This document shows, one piece after another, positions 9,294 through 20,300 of a stretch of 64,000 nucleotides of DNA (position 1 is its first letter; each line of letters opens with the position of its first letter). This DNA is from a virus (Duplodnaviria; Caudoviricetes): positions 256,001 through 320,000 of the IMG/VR virus record IMGVR_UViG_3300043177_000122, one strand, 5' to 3'. The notes under the pieces are model-generated. The model did no database searches. It was not told the DNA's origin and worked only from the letters and a program-made list of their open reading frames with translations. The position numbers and the translations under genes are program-made.

Positions 9294-12119
9294 ATGGCAA
9301 ATATACCAGGCGCAACAAATGCCTTACCAGGAGTATTCACCGACGTAATTACCCAGTCAAGTGGTGTTGCGATCCCTGGAGGTTCCCGTGTCGTAGCTAT
9401 GATCGGTCAAGGCTCGACTAGCGAAATTCTAGTTTCTCAAGCTTTAGGCAGTGGTCAAGATGGACTCAATGCTACATACACCTCAAGTTCGGGTTCTGAT
9501 GGCAGACACTTTGCTCTTGCAAATTTTCCAGTAATACAGAACCGTACAACTCTATTTAAGAATGGAGTTCCATTAGTTGGATTAGAGCTAGGCCCAATTG
9601 CTGCAAATACAACTTTTAGCTTCAAGTACGATTATCAATTAGACCCAACTACTGGACATATTCTGCTACAAGCAGCACATCTCCAAGATCAAGGTGGTTC
9701 TTTCTATACTCCGCTCAGCACAAACGTCGGTTTAGGATCAATTAATAGCTTAACTCTACAAGATAACAATTCTCCTCCTGAGACTTGGACTATCCGTTGT
9801 ATTTCTGTTCAAAGAAATCCAATGAACCAACCAATTGCTGGAACTGCAAAGTTCTTGGCTTTCGGTTCTGTATCCGGTGCTAAGTTAGATGCAAATGGTA
9901 ATCCAATTGTTTGGATTGCTAACGGCCAAACTGTAAGCAACGGTGTACTAAGCTTTAATATCACTGAAACTGCCGTATCCAACGTAGTAGTATCTCCATT
10001 CCGTGAGGGTGATGCTTTCACTATCATCGTTGCTAGTGGAGTTCTAGTTCGTGGAGACTCTCTCACTGCCACCGTTATCCCGCTACAAAATATCAACAAC
10101 CCAACTTTAGTTCAGGGCATTTCTGATATCACAAATTTCAGTGGTCCAGCCAGTTTAACCAATAACCTAAGCTTAGGTGGTCAGTTACTATTCGCTAACG
10201 GCGCATCTTCTATGATTGCTGTTCAGGCCGCTCCTCCACTACCAAGAAGAACTTCTTACGTAATGGATCCTTCTGTTGATGCTCTATCAACTAACGTAGA
10301 TGAATTTATCTTTCCATTCCCAATTGGTGTCGCTCCAGATTTGAATGCTAACATTCATTTCTTTGTAACTAATCCAACTACTCAAGTTGAAACTCAGTTA
10401 CTACCTAATAAGCACCCATATTATACTCTAGGAACCGCCGGAAATCCAACTACAACTCAGTTTGTTTTCAGCGATCTACAACCTCCTTCTGGTTACTCCT
10501 TCGGTTATAGCGTTATCCAAAGTTTTGAAACTGTGGTTACTGGGTTTGATGGTTATGTTGGTAGATTGCCTGCTTTCGGCACACAAGCAGTTTTCCATGC
10601 TGAGAGTGGAAATTTTGATTCTACTTTCGTTGGCAAATTGCTAAAGATTATTGAATCCAATAATAAAGCAAACATTGGAACTTTCCAGATTACTGGAGTT
10701 TCTAATGGTCAACTGAGTATTCAAACCATTACAACAGGTCAGCCGGGATATCCAACTCCATTTCCAAGCTCAACTGGATTCCCAGACTTTGTTTCACAAA
10801 CGAGCACAGCTTTTGAATTAATTCAAATTTCAACCGGATTACCAGTTGCTGGAAAATCTGGAACTGATGGTACTTTAGTTGCTCTATTGAATACTGCCCA
10901 GGGCACTTTAACTAGCACTGCGATAAATTTCAATATTCCTAACTTGATTACCAATTATAGGTTAAAGATTAATGGATCATCTGTTGGGAATGATGGGCTT
11001 TATGATATCATTGGATATGATGCATTTACCAATACACTTACATTGCAAATGGCTTTCGTAAGTGAGAGTAATACTAGATACGAAGTTATCGATCCTCTTG
11101 ATGTCAGCACCTACTTAGTAGTCAACCATAACGTTGTTCCAAACGGATATCAACTAAGAGTTACTATAGTAGACGCAAGAGATGCTTCCTTCTTTGATGC
11201 TGGATGGTTAAATGCTCTAGAAGTTCTAGAAACTGTTGAATGTGATATTTTAGTTCCACTACCGAACCAAACTATGTCAGTTATCTTCCAGAATTGCTTA
11301 AGCCACTGTATTACAATGAGCAATATCGCTAATAGAAAAGAGCGTGTTTTGTTCATCGGAGCAATTCAAGGGTTGACTCCAGCTAACCTCACTGGTGCAC
11401 AACCAGCAGCAGTAGAAGATATTGGTGTTCTAGAGGGAATTCAAGGAGATAACATTACCGATATTTTGGCCGGTAACGTTGAAGACCTTGCAAACTACTC
11501 TGTATCTAATTCTTATGGCTCAACATTCCGCTGTGTATACTTCTATCCAGATCAGATTGTTGTTCAAGCAGGAGCTGAAAATGTCTTGGTTGACGGCTTC
11601 TACATCGCAGCCGCTGCAGCAGGTTATGCAAACGCAGATTTAGCTCTACAGAATCCATTTACCAATAAGGTATTTAGCGGATTTACTATCTTGAGAAACA
11701 AGACCTTCTCTTCACTAACTCTAACTCAACTAGCAGAAGCTGGTGTAACAACATTACAACCAGTAGCAGGTGGTGGAAGGGTTGTTTGGGGTATCACAAC
11801 CAGCCAGTCTGGATTCCCAGAAGAACAAGAAATCTCTATTGTCTTCATCAGAGATAGAGTTGCCAAGGTTCTACGTGCTGGATTTGCTGGATTTATCGGT
11901 ACTCCAGAAAGAGTCGATACAGCAACTCAGTTGAGCACAGAAGCAGTTATCTTGTTGAATTCTTTGATCTCACAAGGACTCATTACAGCCTTCAGAGGAT
12001 TAGCAGTTCAGAGAGACTCAGTAGATCCTCGTCAGTGGAATGTTGCAGTAAGTGTACAGCCAGTTTACCCAATTAACTGGATCTATATTAAGGTAACAGT
12101 TACTAATTTGGGAGCTTGA
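9294..12119 (+). CDS. Contractile tail sheath protein with large insertion (941 aa)
   Basis: N-terminal ...LPGVFTDVI. C-terminal sheath domain (GVTTLQPVAGGGRVVWGITT...EISIVFIRDRVAKVLR...DPRQWNVAVSVQPVYPINWIYIKVTV). Confidence 0.9.
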   Translation: MANIPGATNALPGVFTDVITQSSGVAIPGGSRVVAMIGQGSTSEILVSQALGSGQDGLNATYTSSSGSDGRHFALANFPVIQNRTTLFKNGVPLVGLELGPIAANTTFSFKYDYQLDPTTGHILLQAAHLQDQGGSFYTPLSTNVGLGSINSLTLQDNNSPPETWTIRCISVQRNPMNQPIAGTAKFLAFGSVSGAKLDANGNPIVWIANGQTVSNGVLSFNITETAVSNVVVSPFREGDAFTIIVASGVLVRGDSLTATVIPLQNINNPTLVQGISDITNFSGPASLTNNLSLGGQLLFANGASSMIAVQAAPPLPRRTSYVMDPSVDALSTNVDEFIFPFPIGVAPDLNANIHFFVTNPTTQVETQLLPNKHPYYTLGTAGNPTTTQFVFSDLQPPSGYSFGYSVIQSFETVVTGFDGYVGRLPAFGTQAVFHAESGNFDSTFVGKLLKIIESNNKANIGTFQITGVSNGQLSIQTITTGQPGYPTPFPSSTGFPDFVSQTSTAFELIQISTGLPVAGKSGTDGTLVALLNTAQGTLTSTAINFNIPNLITNYRLKINGSSVGNDGLYDIIGYDAFTNTLTLQMAFVSESNTRYEVIDPLDVSTYLVVNHNVVPNGYQLRVTIVDARDASFFDAGWLNALEVLETVECDILVPLPNQTMSVIFQNCLSHCITMSNIANRKERVLFIGAIQGLTPANLTGAQPAAVEDIGVLEGIQGDNITDILAGNVEDLANYSVSNSYGSTFRCVYFYPDQIVVQAGAENVLVDGFYIAAAAAGYANADLALQNPFTNKVFSGFTILRNKTFSSLTLTQLAEAGVTTLQPVAGGGRVVWGITTSQSGFPEEQEISIVFIRDRVAKVLRAGFAGFIGTPERVDTATQLSTEAVILLNSLISQGLITAFRGLAVQRDSVDPRQWNVAVSVQPVYPINWIYIKVTVTNLGA

Positions 12120-12127
12120 TATATAAT
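12115..12127 (+). promoter_or_regulatory. CTTGATATATAAT motif, copy 1 (upstream of tube gene)
   Basis: Exact 13-mer shared with 12871 and 48035. Confidence 0.6.
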
Positions 12128-12147
12128 ATCTTAGGGAGTTAAATAAT

Positions 12148-12831
12148 ATGGTTACAGGCTATCCACAAACAGGTTCACTACTTAATCTAGGTGACGGATT
12201 TGGTACTAATACTACCAATACTGCAATTTCAACTAACATCTTATTAGCTGTTAGAACTCCAAGCGGTTATCAACCAATTGGTGCAGTTCAATCTATGGCA
12301 ATCTCTGAGAAGAGAGCAATTAAGATGATTGATGAAGTTGGAACTGATGGTCATATTGATTCTGTACCACACCAATCAACTAACGTATCTGGAACTTGCC
12401 AAAGAGTAAGATTCCAAAAGCTAAGAGTAGCAGAAGCTTTTGATAGAGGCTTTTTGCATGTCGCATCTCAAGTTTATCCTTTTGATATTATCATTTTTGA
12501 TAAACAAAAGTTTCAGGTAAATGCTCAAGTAACTACAATTATCAAGAACGTATGGATCTCTGGTATTGATTATACTTATCAAGTAAGTGATTGGGTAATT
12601 ACTGACAGCTTAACTTGGGAAGCAGAGCACATTTACAGCACAGTAAACGGTGGCCCCGCTGCTGTTGGTGGACAGAACAACTTGTACAAGCCATTTGGTG
12701 GTGCATCCAATCCAAACTGGATTGAATCTCAGACTGATACTGGTGCAGGTGGTAGAAGAGGATCTCTTGATGCTGCTGGTCTAATTGATATTGGATCTGG
12801 TCAATATCCAGGTTCTACCGGAATCTTCTAA
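12148..12831 (+). CDS. Tail tube protein
   Basis: Follows the sheath. IGAVQSMAISEKR...IDEVGTDG...VSGTCQRVRF...TTIIKNVWISGIDYTY...ITDSLTWEAE is a tube-type beta pattern. Confidence 0.8.
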   Translation: MVTGYPQTGSLLNLGDGFGTNTTNTAISTNILLAVRTPSGYQPIGAVQSMAISEKRAIKMIDEVGTDGHIDSVPHQSTNVSGTCQRVRFQKLRVAEAFDRGFLHVASQVYPFDIIIFDKQKFQVNAQVTTIIKNVWISGIDYTYQVSDWVITDSLTWEAEHIYSTVNGGPAAVGGQNNLYKPFGGASNPNWIESQTDTGAGGRRGSLDAAGLIDIGSGQYPGSTGIF

Positions 12832-12860
12832 TCCTTTCTAATATCTCAAAACTCTTCATA

Positions 12861-12905
12861 AAGTACCCTGCTTGATATATAATCATAGCAGGGTATTTAT
12901 TTTGT
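12861..12905 (+). terminator. Hairpin (TACCCTGC...GCAGGGTA) plus T-rich tail, enclosing a promoter-like motif
   Basis: 8-bp perfect arms at 12864-12871 and 12888-12895, followed by TTTATTTTG. Confidence 0.45.
12871..12883 (+). promoter_or_regulatory. CTTGATATATAAT motif, copy 2 (upstream of tail chaperone)
   Basis: Exact 13-mer, intergenic. Confidence 0.6.
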
Positions 12906-12915
12906 GGAGTTAATT

Positions 12916-13599
12916 ATGCCAAAGTTTGATAGTCCAATTGGAAGTAAACAGTTTTCAGGTCCCCCAATGAGGGAATTTAATGTGCCAGATGATAGTGGTT
13001 ATGATCAACCATCTCCAATGCCACAGCGCCCCCAACGTCATATGCATGAAACGCCTACATTTGATGAAACCTCTATGAGAGAATTCCAGGCTCAAATGCA
13101 ACCTAATTTCCCGCAACCAGTTAGAGATTTAACTGATGTAGAGAAAGATATTCTAGCTGTTAAAAAGGCCAAGAGAGAGGGCAAAGAACGATTGTCTGAT
13201 GGCGCTAGAAGACGTATTGAGATATTAATTGGTATGACGCGCCTGTCTAAAGATGTTGAAATTGGTGGGCAGATGTACAAATTACAAACATTAACATCAC
13301 AAGAGTTGCGAGATGCCGTTGTGGCCACTGCCGAATTCGATGGGTCAGTGCAATTTATCTTTGAAAATCGTAAACAGTTACTAGCTCGTTCACTAGTGGT
13401 AGTAGCAGGAGTTCGAATTGAAGAGTTTTTACATTCCTACGATTTAGAGGCTCGTTTAGAGTTCATTGAGCTGATGGACCATGCTCTGCTCCTCCGTCTC
13501 TTTACAGAATATAATAATTTAGCTATGGAAGCGCAAAATAAGTATAACCCAAAGACCGAGGAGCAGGTTAAGGAGGTTGTTGACGACTTAAAAAAATAA
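12916..13599 (+). CDS. Tail assembly chaperone (G-like)
   Basis: Lies between tube and tape measure. Start moved to ATG 12916 behind GGAG. Ends in a slippery A7 run. Confidence 0.7.
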   Translation: MPKFDSPIGSKQFSGPPMREFNVPDDSGYDQPSPMPQRPQRHMHETPTFDETSMREFQAQMQPNFPQPVRDLTDVEKDILAVKKAKREGKERLSDGARRRIEILIGMTRLSKDVEIGGQMYKLQTLTSQELRDAVVATAEFDGSVQFIFENRKQLLARSLVVVAGVRIEEFLHSYDLEARLEFIELMDHALLLRLFTEYNNLAMEAQNKYNPKTEEQVKEVVDDLKK

Positions 13600-13601
13600 T
13601 G
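13571..13601 (+). other. Putative programmed -1 ribosomal frameshift site
   Basis: AGGAGG at 13571-13576, then TTA AAA AAA TAA. The -1 frame (AAA AAA ATA ATG) is open into the next ORF. Confidence 0.65.
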
Positions 13602-13958
13602 AATGAACCGGAGCATCGTTTCATATGGCATCTATGTAAGATGTATCATAAGTTACCGATTGACCCGTTCATTACAGAGATGGACCCGGTTCTAAAATTA
13701 TGGCTTTATTATAACTGGCTGGGCGACCATCGAGATGATGCGGAACTAGCTAAAAATCACGCATATCTATTGGGGTCATTCTGGAATTCAGAAGCAGTAC
13801 AACAGCTTATAAATGATAATGTTCATGAATCCAGCGATGAAGATATGGAAGAGTCTATGAGAATGGTTACGGAAGGCTTACCTGGTGTATTTGAAGTGCA
13901 GGAAGATAAACCGCCCCCAAGAAGAAAACGCAGAGCAACTTTAAAGGAAACAAGGTAA
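13599..13958 (+). CDS. Tail assembly chaperone, T-like segment
   Basis: -1 frame relative to the upstream chaperone, directly before the tape measure gene. Confidence 0.65.
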   Translation: MNEPEHRFIWHLCKMYHKLPIDPFITEMDPVLKLWLYYNWLGDHRDDAELAKNHAYLLGSFWNSEAVQQLINDNVHESSDEDMEESMRMVTEGLPGVFEVQEDKPPPRRKRRATLKETR

Positions 13959-13963
13959 ATTAA

Positions 13964-16357
13964 ATGGCTGATCCAGTAGATCCAAATACATCGACAGATC
14001 CAAATATTGAACCATTGGATCCAGCAGTACTAAAATCATTGAATGATTTTAATGCGACTGCTGATAAATCTAGAGAAAGTATGTCTGCCTTAGAAGTTAC
14101 ATTTACAGGATCTACCAGTGCTTTAAAAACCCTATCTGAAGGATTTGTTATTGCTGGTGGAAAATTAGAAAATATTGGTAACTTGGCTTCTCAGGATGCC
14201 ACTAAATTTGGGGCGCTAACAGCCGCGGTTCTTGGCGCAAAAGAATCTTTTAATTCTTTTGCAAATGTAGATACTTCTAGATTGTCTACATTTGCTTCCC
14301 AAATAGGCGATATGCAAAATATATTAGAAAAAAGTCCAGCTTATAGCCTAGCAAAGAAGGAATTTGATGAGACGGCTAGTGCAGTTCGAAATCTTATGAT
14401 GTCTGGAGATGCTGCAAAAAAGTCACTGGGCGCAGAAATGCTAGCATCTGCTACTAAAGTATTTGCAGAAGCAAAAAATAAAATAGTCGAGTCTTCTAAG
14501 GCTATGTTAGTGGGTGCTGATAATGCACTTAAACTACAAAATGCTTTTATACAACTTACTGCTCAAGCAGGAGACACCGAAACCTTGTTTCGAGGGATCG
14601 GTAAGACTTTTGGTGGTGTCGGTAATGATTTTAAGAATCTAAATAATATTACTGCTAAATACCAAGATGTTATGTATAATGCTATGCAGGCTACTGGCAT
14701 AGAAAGTGAAGAAGTAATGGCCGGTTATATGGCCACCATTGTTAAGATGCCTGGGGGATTCAAAGAACTTATGGGCAGCATGGAGGTAGCTGGACGTTCT
14801 ACCAATATATTGACTGCTGCTGTACAATATGCAACTGGTGCTGGAAGAAATCAAAACGAAGTATTTGAAGATATGAGGAAAGCTATTTCTCAATATGGTG
14901 TATCAGTTCAAGATGCTCTTAAGTTTACAGCAAACATCACGGCCGTTTCCGAAACATTGCACGCCCAAATTGATGACGTTAGATCTGCTTTGATGGGGGC
15001 TGCGGATGCTTTTAAGTTTTTTGCTATGGGAGAAGATGGTGCTAAAAAGATGACACAAGGCATGACTGAATCTTTGAACCAGTATGTTGCTTCCCTAAGT
15101 AATGTTGGTGTCCCCGTACAAAATGCTCTGGAGATGTTTAAGAATTATACGTCCCAGATAAAAGATATGAATCAAGCTCAACAGGCTTTTGTTTCCAGAA
15201 TGTCTGGAGGGCCTGGTGGACTAATGGGTGGTTTTCAAATAGATGCCATGATTAAACGTGGAGATTTTGCCGGATTACAGAAGAAAGTAGAAGAGACAAT
15301 TAAGAAAATGACTGGTCCAATTGTGTCATTTGAAGATGCACAAAAAAGCCAAACTGCAGCCGCTCAGTATACTCGTCAAATTCAAATTTTACAACAAGGC
15401 CCACTAGGTAAAATGGCCAGAAGCAGAGAAGAGGCTGAGTCATTATTAGAATCAATGCGCGTTGGCAAAGTTGCAGAGAAAGTTAAAGATCCAACCACAA
15501 TATTAGCAGAAAATATAGAGAAGGGCGCTAAGATAGAGCAGTTATCATATACTGAGCTAAAAGAGATCAACATCAATACAAAAAGAATGCGCGGTCAAGC
15601 AGACTTAGCAAATTTGACTACCATTCAAAGAACATTTGCCGCTCGCACAGGAGACGCAGGTGGCGTGGACAAACAAGGTAGAGCAGTTAATTTACCTAAT
15701 CAGGAGGCACTACGAGATGTACAAAGAAGAGGCATGAATCCCACAGAAGGAACTCCAGCAGAAAGGGCGCTGAAAGAATTAGGTATAACTATCAGAAACT
15801 TACCAATGTCTATTCAAAGTGACATTATCAGTTTACAAGAAAGTATTTCGTCTCGTAATAAAGAAAAAACTCAACAAAGTCATGAAAAATTGATGAAATC
15901 AATTAGTGATTGGAAAACTCAAGTCGCCAATTTACCAGAGGATCAAAAAGAATCTATGGGAAGAGTAATAGCTGGAGTGCAAGCTCGCGCTAACTCTATG
16001 GTTCAAAATAGCTTGGCCCCTGTATTATTTAGGCCACCTGGTCCAACTACTACAACTTCGAATACAATGGCTGTAAATCAGAATGTTAGAGATTATAGGC
16101 CAGCAGGCAGACAGGTAGCAGCATCAGTACCAACTGGTACGACTGGAACAACCACAAATGTTCCAGGTACAGCAAATCGTGGTCCACTTGCTGCTGCCAC
16201 TAATCAACATCAAGGAGCAATTCCTGTTGCATTAGCTCCGGGGTCTGCAATTACGGTTAACATTACTGGTGTATGTCCTCACTGTGGAAGGGCTGTACAC
16301 CAAAGTCCACAAGCTAGAATTGGAAGCGCAGCAAGCACGGCAACTAACGAAGGATAA
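13964..16357 (+). CDS. Tape measure protein
   Basis: A/K/E/Q/M-rich and predicted helical, in the canonical position after tube and chaperones. Confidence 0.8.
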   Translation: MADPVDPNTSTDPNIEPLDPAVLKSLNDFNATADKSRESMSALEVTFTGSTSALKTLSEGFVIAGGKLENIGNLASQDATKFGALTAAVLGAKESFNSFANVDTSRLSTFASQIGDMQNILEKSPAYSLAKKEFDETASAVRNLMMSGDAAKKSLGAEMLASATKVFAEAKNKIVESSKAMLVGADNALKLQNAFIQLTAQAGDTETLFRGIGKTFGGVGNDFKNLNNITAKYQDVMYNAMQATGIESEEVMAGYMATIVKMPGGFKELMGSMEVAGRSTNILTAAVQYATGAGRNQNEVFEDMRKAISQYGVSVQDALKFTANITAVSETLHAQIDDVRSALMGAADAFKFFAMGEDGAKKMTQGMTESLNQYVASLSNVGVPVQNALEMFKNYTSQIKDMNQAQQAFVSRMSGGPGGLMGGFQIDAMIKRGDFAGLQKKVEETIKKMTGPIVSFEDAQKSQTAAAQYTRQIQILQQGPLGKMARSREEAESLLESMRVGKVAEKVKDPTTILAENIEKGAKIEQLSYTELKEININTKRMRGQADLANLTTIQRTFAARTGDAGGVDKQGRAVNLPNQEALRDVQRRGMNPTEGTPAERALKELGITIRNLPMSIQSDIISLQESISSRNKEKTQQSHEKLMKSISDWKTQVANLPEDQKESMGRVIAGVQARANSMVQNSLAPVLFRPPGPTTTTSNTMAVNQNVRDYRPAGRQVAASVPTGTTGTTTNVPGTANRGPLAAATNQHQGAIPVALAPGSAITVNITGVCPHCGRAVHQSPQARIGSAASTATNEG

Positions 16358-16360
16358 TAT

Positions 16361-17332
16361 ATGGCAAAATTTTCATTAGATGATGCAATTAGTGATATTG
16401 ACCAAGCACAAGCCACGCTTAATAGCTTAAATCCATTAACACAAAGTCAGTTAGCTTCCTTCCAGTCAAATGGATTTTTGGTAGCCTCCACACCATCTGC
16501 CGATGGTAATGGATTACCATATACCAAAATTAATACTGGTATCAATGGTACTATTGGTAGAAATATTATAACTTGGTTCGTACCTCAGTTTGGTACTGTG
16601 CGTATGTTTATAAATCCGCAGAACATCACATACAATCATAGAAAATTAATTACTAAAGAGAGAACTAAAGGCGGATTTACTTTACAATATTGGGGAGAAG
16701 ATTTAAGCACTTTGAATATTTCAGGAACTACCGGCAGTTCTGGTATTGAGGGCATAAATATGCTCTATGAAATTTATCGTGCAGAGCAATATGCATTTGA
16801 TGCTACAGGTCTTACGTTAGCAGCCAATAATGCAGCGGCTGATTTGGCTAATAATATTGTTCAAGGTGTTGGAGGAGCATTAGGTCAACTAATTGGTGGA
16901 AATAATGCTACTGCGGCTGCCGGTGGAGCCGGACTACTTGGAGGAATTCTAGGCATGAGTTCTCCAAACAATAATCTATCTGCTAGAAATATTCCTTCGC
17001 TTGCATCTTTGGCCTTTGCCGTTGAAATGTATTATAATGGTTGGGTTTATAGAGGATATTTTGAAAATATGACTATCACTGAAAGAGCAGATAACTTTTT
17101 ATTTGACTATCAGATGGTATTCGTAGTTACACAAAGAAGAGGATACAGAACCAACTATTTCCCATGGCACAACAACCCAAAGACGGGGCCAACTGCCAAC
17201 CATGCATTTTATCCTAATGCAGCTAACTCTTTTAATGGTAATACTCGACTAAGTACTGACAGTCCGATTAGCAATATCGGAAATCCTGGCAACGCAGGTG
17301 GTATAGTAGGAGCATTAGCAGGACTTCTATGA
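16361..17332 (+). CDS. Tail tube initiator / baseplate hub-associated protein
   Basis: MFINPQNITYNHRKLITKERTKGGFTLQYWGEDLSTLNISGTTG resembles tube-fold initiator proteins that follow TMPs. Confidence 0.6.
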   Translation: MAKFSLDDAISDIDQAQATLNSLNPLTQSQLASFQSNGFLVASTPSADGNGLPYTKINTGINGTIGRNIITWFVPQFGTVRMFINPQNITYNHRKLITKERTKGGFTLQYWGEDLSTLNISGTTGSSGIEGINMLYEIYRAEQYAFDATGLTLAANNAAADLANNIVQGVGGALGQLIGGNNATAAAGGAGLLGGILGMSSPNNNLSARNIPSLASLAFAVEMYYNGWVYRGYFENMTITERADNFLFDYQMVFVVTQRRGYRTNYFPWHNNPKTGPTANHAFYPNAANSFNGNTRLSTDSPISNIGNPGNAGGIVGALAGLL

Positions 17333-20300
17333 GTTTTTTAGGCGATTTAGCAGATCAAATTAGCAGCCAATTTAATTTTGGCGAAAATACCACTACTACT
17401 TTAGACACATTTGCAAATGAAGAGCAAACAGAAGTAATAAAGTATGGTGCTTTAGGTGATTTTGCGTCTAAATTTGACCAATCTGCTGAGCGTAAATATG
17501 TAGAAGAAGGATATCTGAGAAGAGATCCTTATAATACTGATCCAAAACAGTTTGAAATTTTGTGGCAAGAGCCAAGTGCAACTGTTCTTCTTAAGAAAAG
17601 AATGTTTTCATCAATTGCTGAAAACTATCGTCCTGATTTTATGGATGCAGATGAAAAGCTTTATTATAAAGCCATTAATATCTTATTCAAAAATAAATGT
17701 AACCAAATTTCAGCCTTAGAAAAGTTGAGTAAAATACAACAAGTAACTGCTGCTGTTGGAAATGTAACTGATCAATTAATTCCATTAATCATAACATTAG
17801 GAGACATTGCTAAAGGTACGGTATTTGATAGTGGTAGTGGTGGTATTTTTGGTGGCGGTAATAATTTATTTGGAGCACTTGGTGGAAATACAAATCCATT
17901 TAATACACCAGATGGTAATAGTTTTATCAAAACCACTGATAGATTAAAAGTTCTTTACGGGTTTAACCAAACAAATCCTACTACAACTTGGATTACTGAT
18001 ACTACCAATCTACTACAGTCTACTTTTGGTGGTGGTACTGGAGTTATTGAGTTAACTAACTTCATAAATATTAATACTAGTACTAGTGTTGATTTGAAAT
18101 CACCAGGCACATTTAATATTAGTATTGCAGACCCTTATGAAGCAATGTTGATTACAGATTATGATATTGAAGTGGCTTTAAGTGATGCTACTAACTTGTT
18201 TTACAATAAAAAAATCTTTCAGTTTGGTGTTACCAGCGCTAATGAAGTTATTACAAGACAACAGAATCAATTAAATGCCATTAGAAGTGCTAGAAATGCT
18301 AGCCCAATTACTTTTAAGATTGATCGTGATACCTTACTTGGTAAACGAGTAAGAGCCATTATTGACCGTCAAGGCGTAGAGATTCAATTTAAGTACGACC
18401 CATTAGATTCACTTAGTTTGGGCGGTAACAATGGAGTAGAGGTCAATGATGATTTCTTAAGAGACGGAGCTATTGCTGGATATGATGGTTTAGATACTGG
18501 TCCTGGATATACCGGTTTTCCATGGACAAGTAATGCAAGAAGTAAGAGCCACGGTAATTCAGAGTTGCAAGCATTTCAAATAATCATTGCCACTATTTTC
18601 CAACAACTAACTTTATTAGCAAATTCTGCTGGTAATTTTACAGCTAATAACAAATCTTACAACTACGCCCGTAAAAAGCTTCGTTTCAATTTCTCTGGTA
18701 AACTGATTGTTCAGCCTATGGATGTTATTCATATCTACATGAACTCCAAAAGTCAATTTGATAATAAGATATTAGCTGGATTGACTCAAATGTTTAGTGG
18801 CTTTGGTATTCTACAAAACATTAACAACACAATTACGTCTATTACCAATGCTAGTGACATATTGTTTAATCCTTCAGCTAACATTTCTGTAATGGCAGAA
18901 AAGGCTATGTTTGTTGGGCCTGATTTTCCTAGCTCTCTATGGGCTATGGTTAGAAAACAATTTGTGGGAGAACACGAAGGAACTCATGTTTTTGCAGGGG
19001 TAGTAGAATCAGCAGTTGATAATTGGTCAGCCGGCAGATTTGTAGTTGATGTAAGTGGCAAAGACAATACTATCTATTTCGATCAAGGCAAAGTGAATTT
19101 TAAACCGGGAGTAGATGCTTTCAATGGTTTGATTTTCGATCCATTAACTCCGTTTCAATCTAACTATGATGTAATTACTCTTAACAATTCTCCTCCTAAC
19201 AGCATCCCGCAACTACTAGAAGAAAATATGTATTTACTTTCTCAAACTGGTTCTGGCTCTATGGTTAAATATAAATTGGGAGCACTGGCTGGCGAGAAAG
19301 CTACACAGGGCAATTATATTCAAGACCAGAGTATCGATCCATTTACAGGATTACTAACGCGCGTATTCTATGCTCCTGATGGTTTAGTCTATAAGTGGAA
19401 ACAGGGAATTGGAATATTTACACAGTTTGGATCATCAAATCAAATTAATGATCCAAACTTAGTTGGTAATCCTAATATTTATGCAGAACCTTTCGCCGGC
19501 CTAGATGTAATGAATGTGCTTTCTTTACTTATCACGGGTGTCCCATATAATTTCGCTACTTATTACAAAGCTACATCAAACTTGTATGGATTTAGTGGCG
19601 ATCCACAAAGCCGTCAAGCATCTTCACATTCATTCATTCAATCATTGAAAAATGATCTTTCTAAGAATAATAGCCTTTGGGGCAATTTTATTCCGTTCAA
19701 AAACTTAGTAATGAACGAATCTGCAATTGCACAGGCTATGCAAGCGCAGTTGACAGTTGCTAATGCTAATGCTGATTTAGATAGCAAATTGAAAAAGCTG
19801 GCTGATTTACAAAATGTTGCTACCGCAATAGGCGCTGTAAATGCTTTGTCTTCAAAAATATCTAATACAGATGATCCAACACAAGCTCGCCAAGTTACCG
19901 AAGTACAAAGCCAAATAAATAATTTGGTAAATGATATTAATAGCTCCATTTCTACAATTCAAAAAAATACCAAATATTTCTATAGTCAAGTGGATAATTC
20001 TGCTGCCTATGATAGTAACCATTTTATTAATGGTAAAAATAACCCAAGTGATAGTAGTAATAGGAAGCAATTACGCAAGCAAACTAATTATTTAACACGT
20101 CGCATGTCATATGATGTCCGTGCTAATAAGGACAAAAACTTATTCATTGTTGATGATTACTATGATATCGATTATGATATTGCTGCTTTTAACAAGTCAC
20201 TTGCTGATGGTGTTAAGATGTACAGCAACGAATTTACATCAGTACGTGAAAAGATTTTAAACGTAGCTGACTTATTAAATTTGGAAGTATTTTGTGATAC

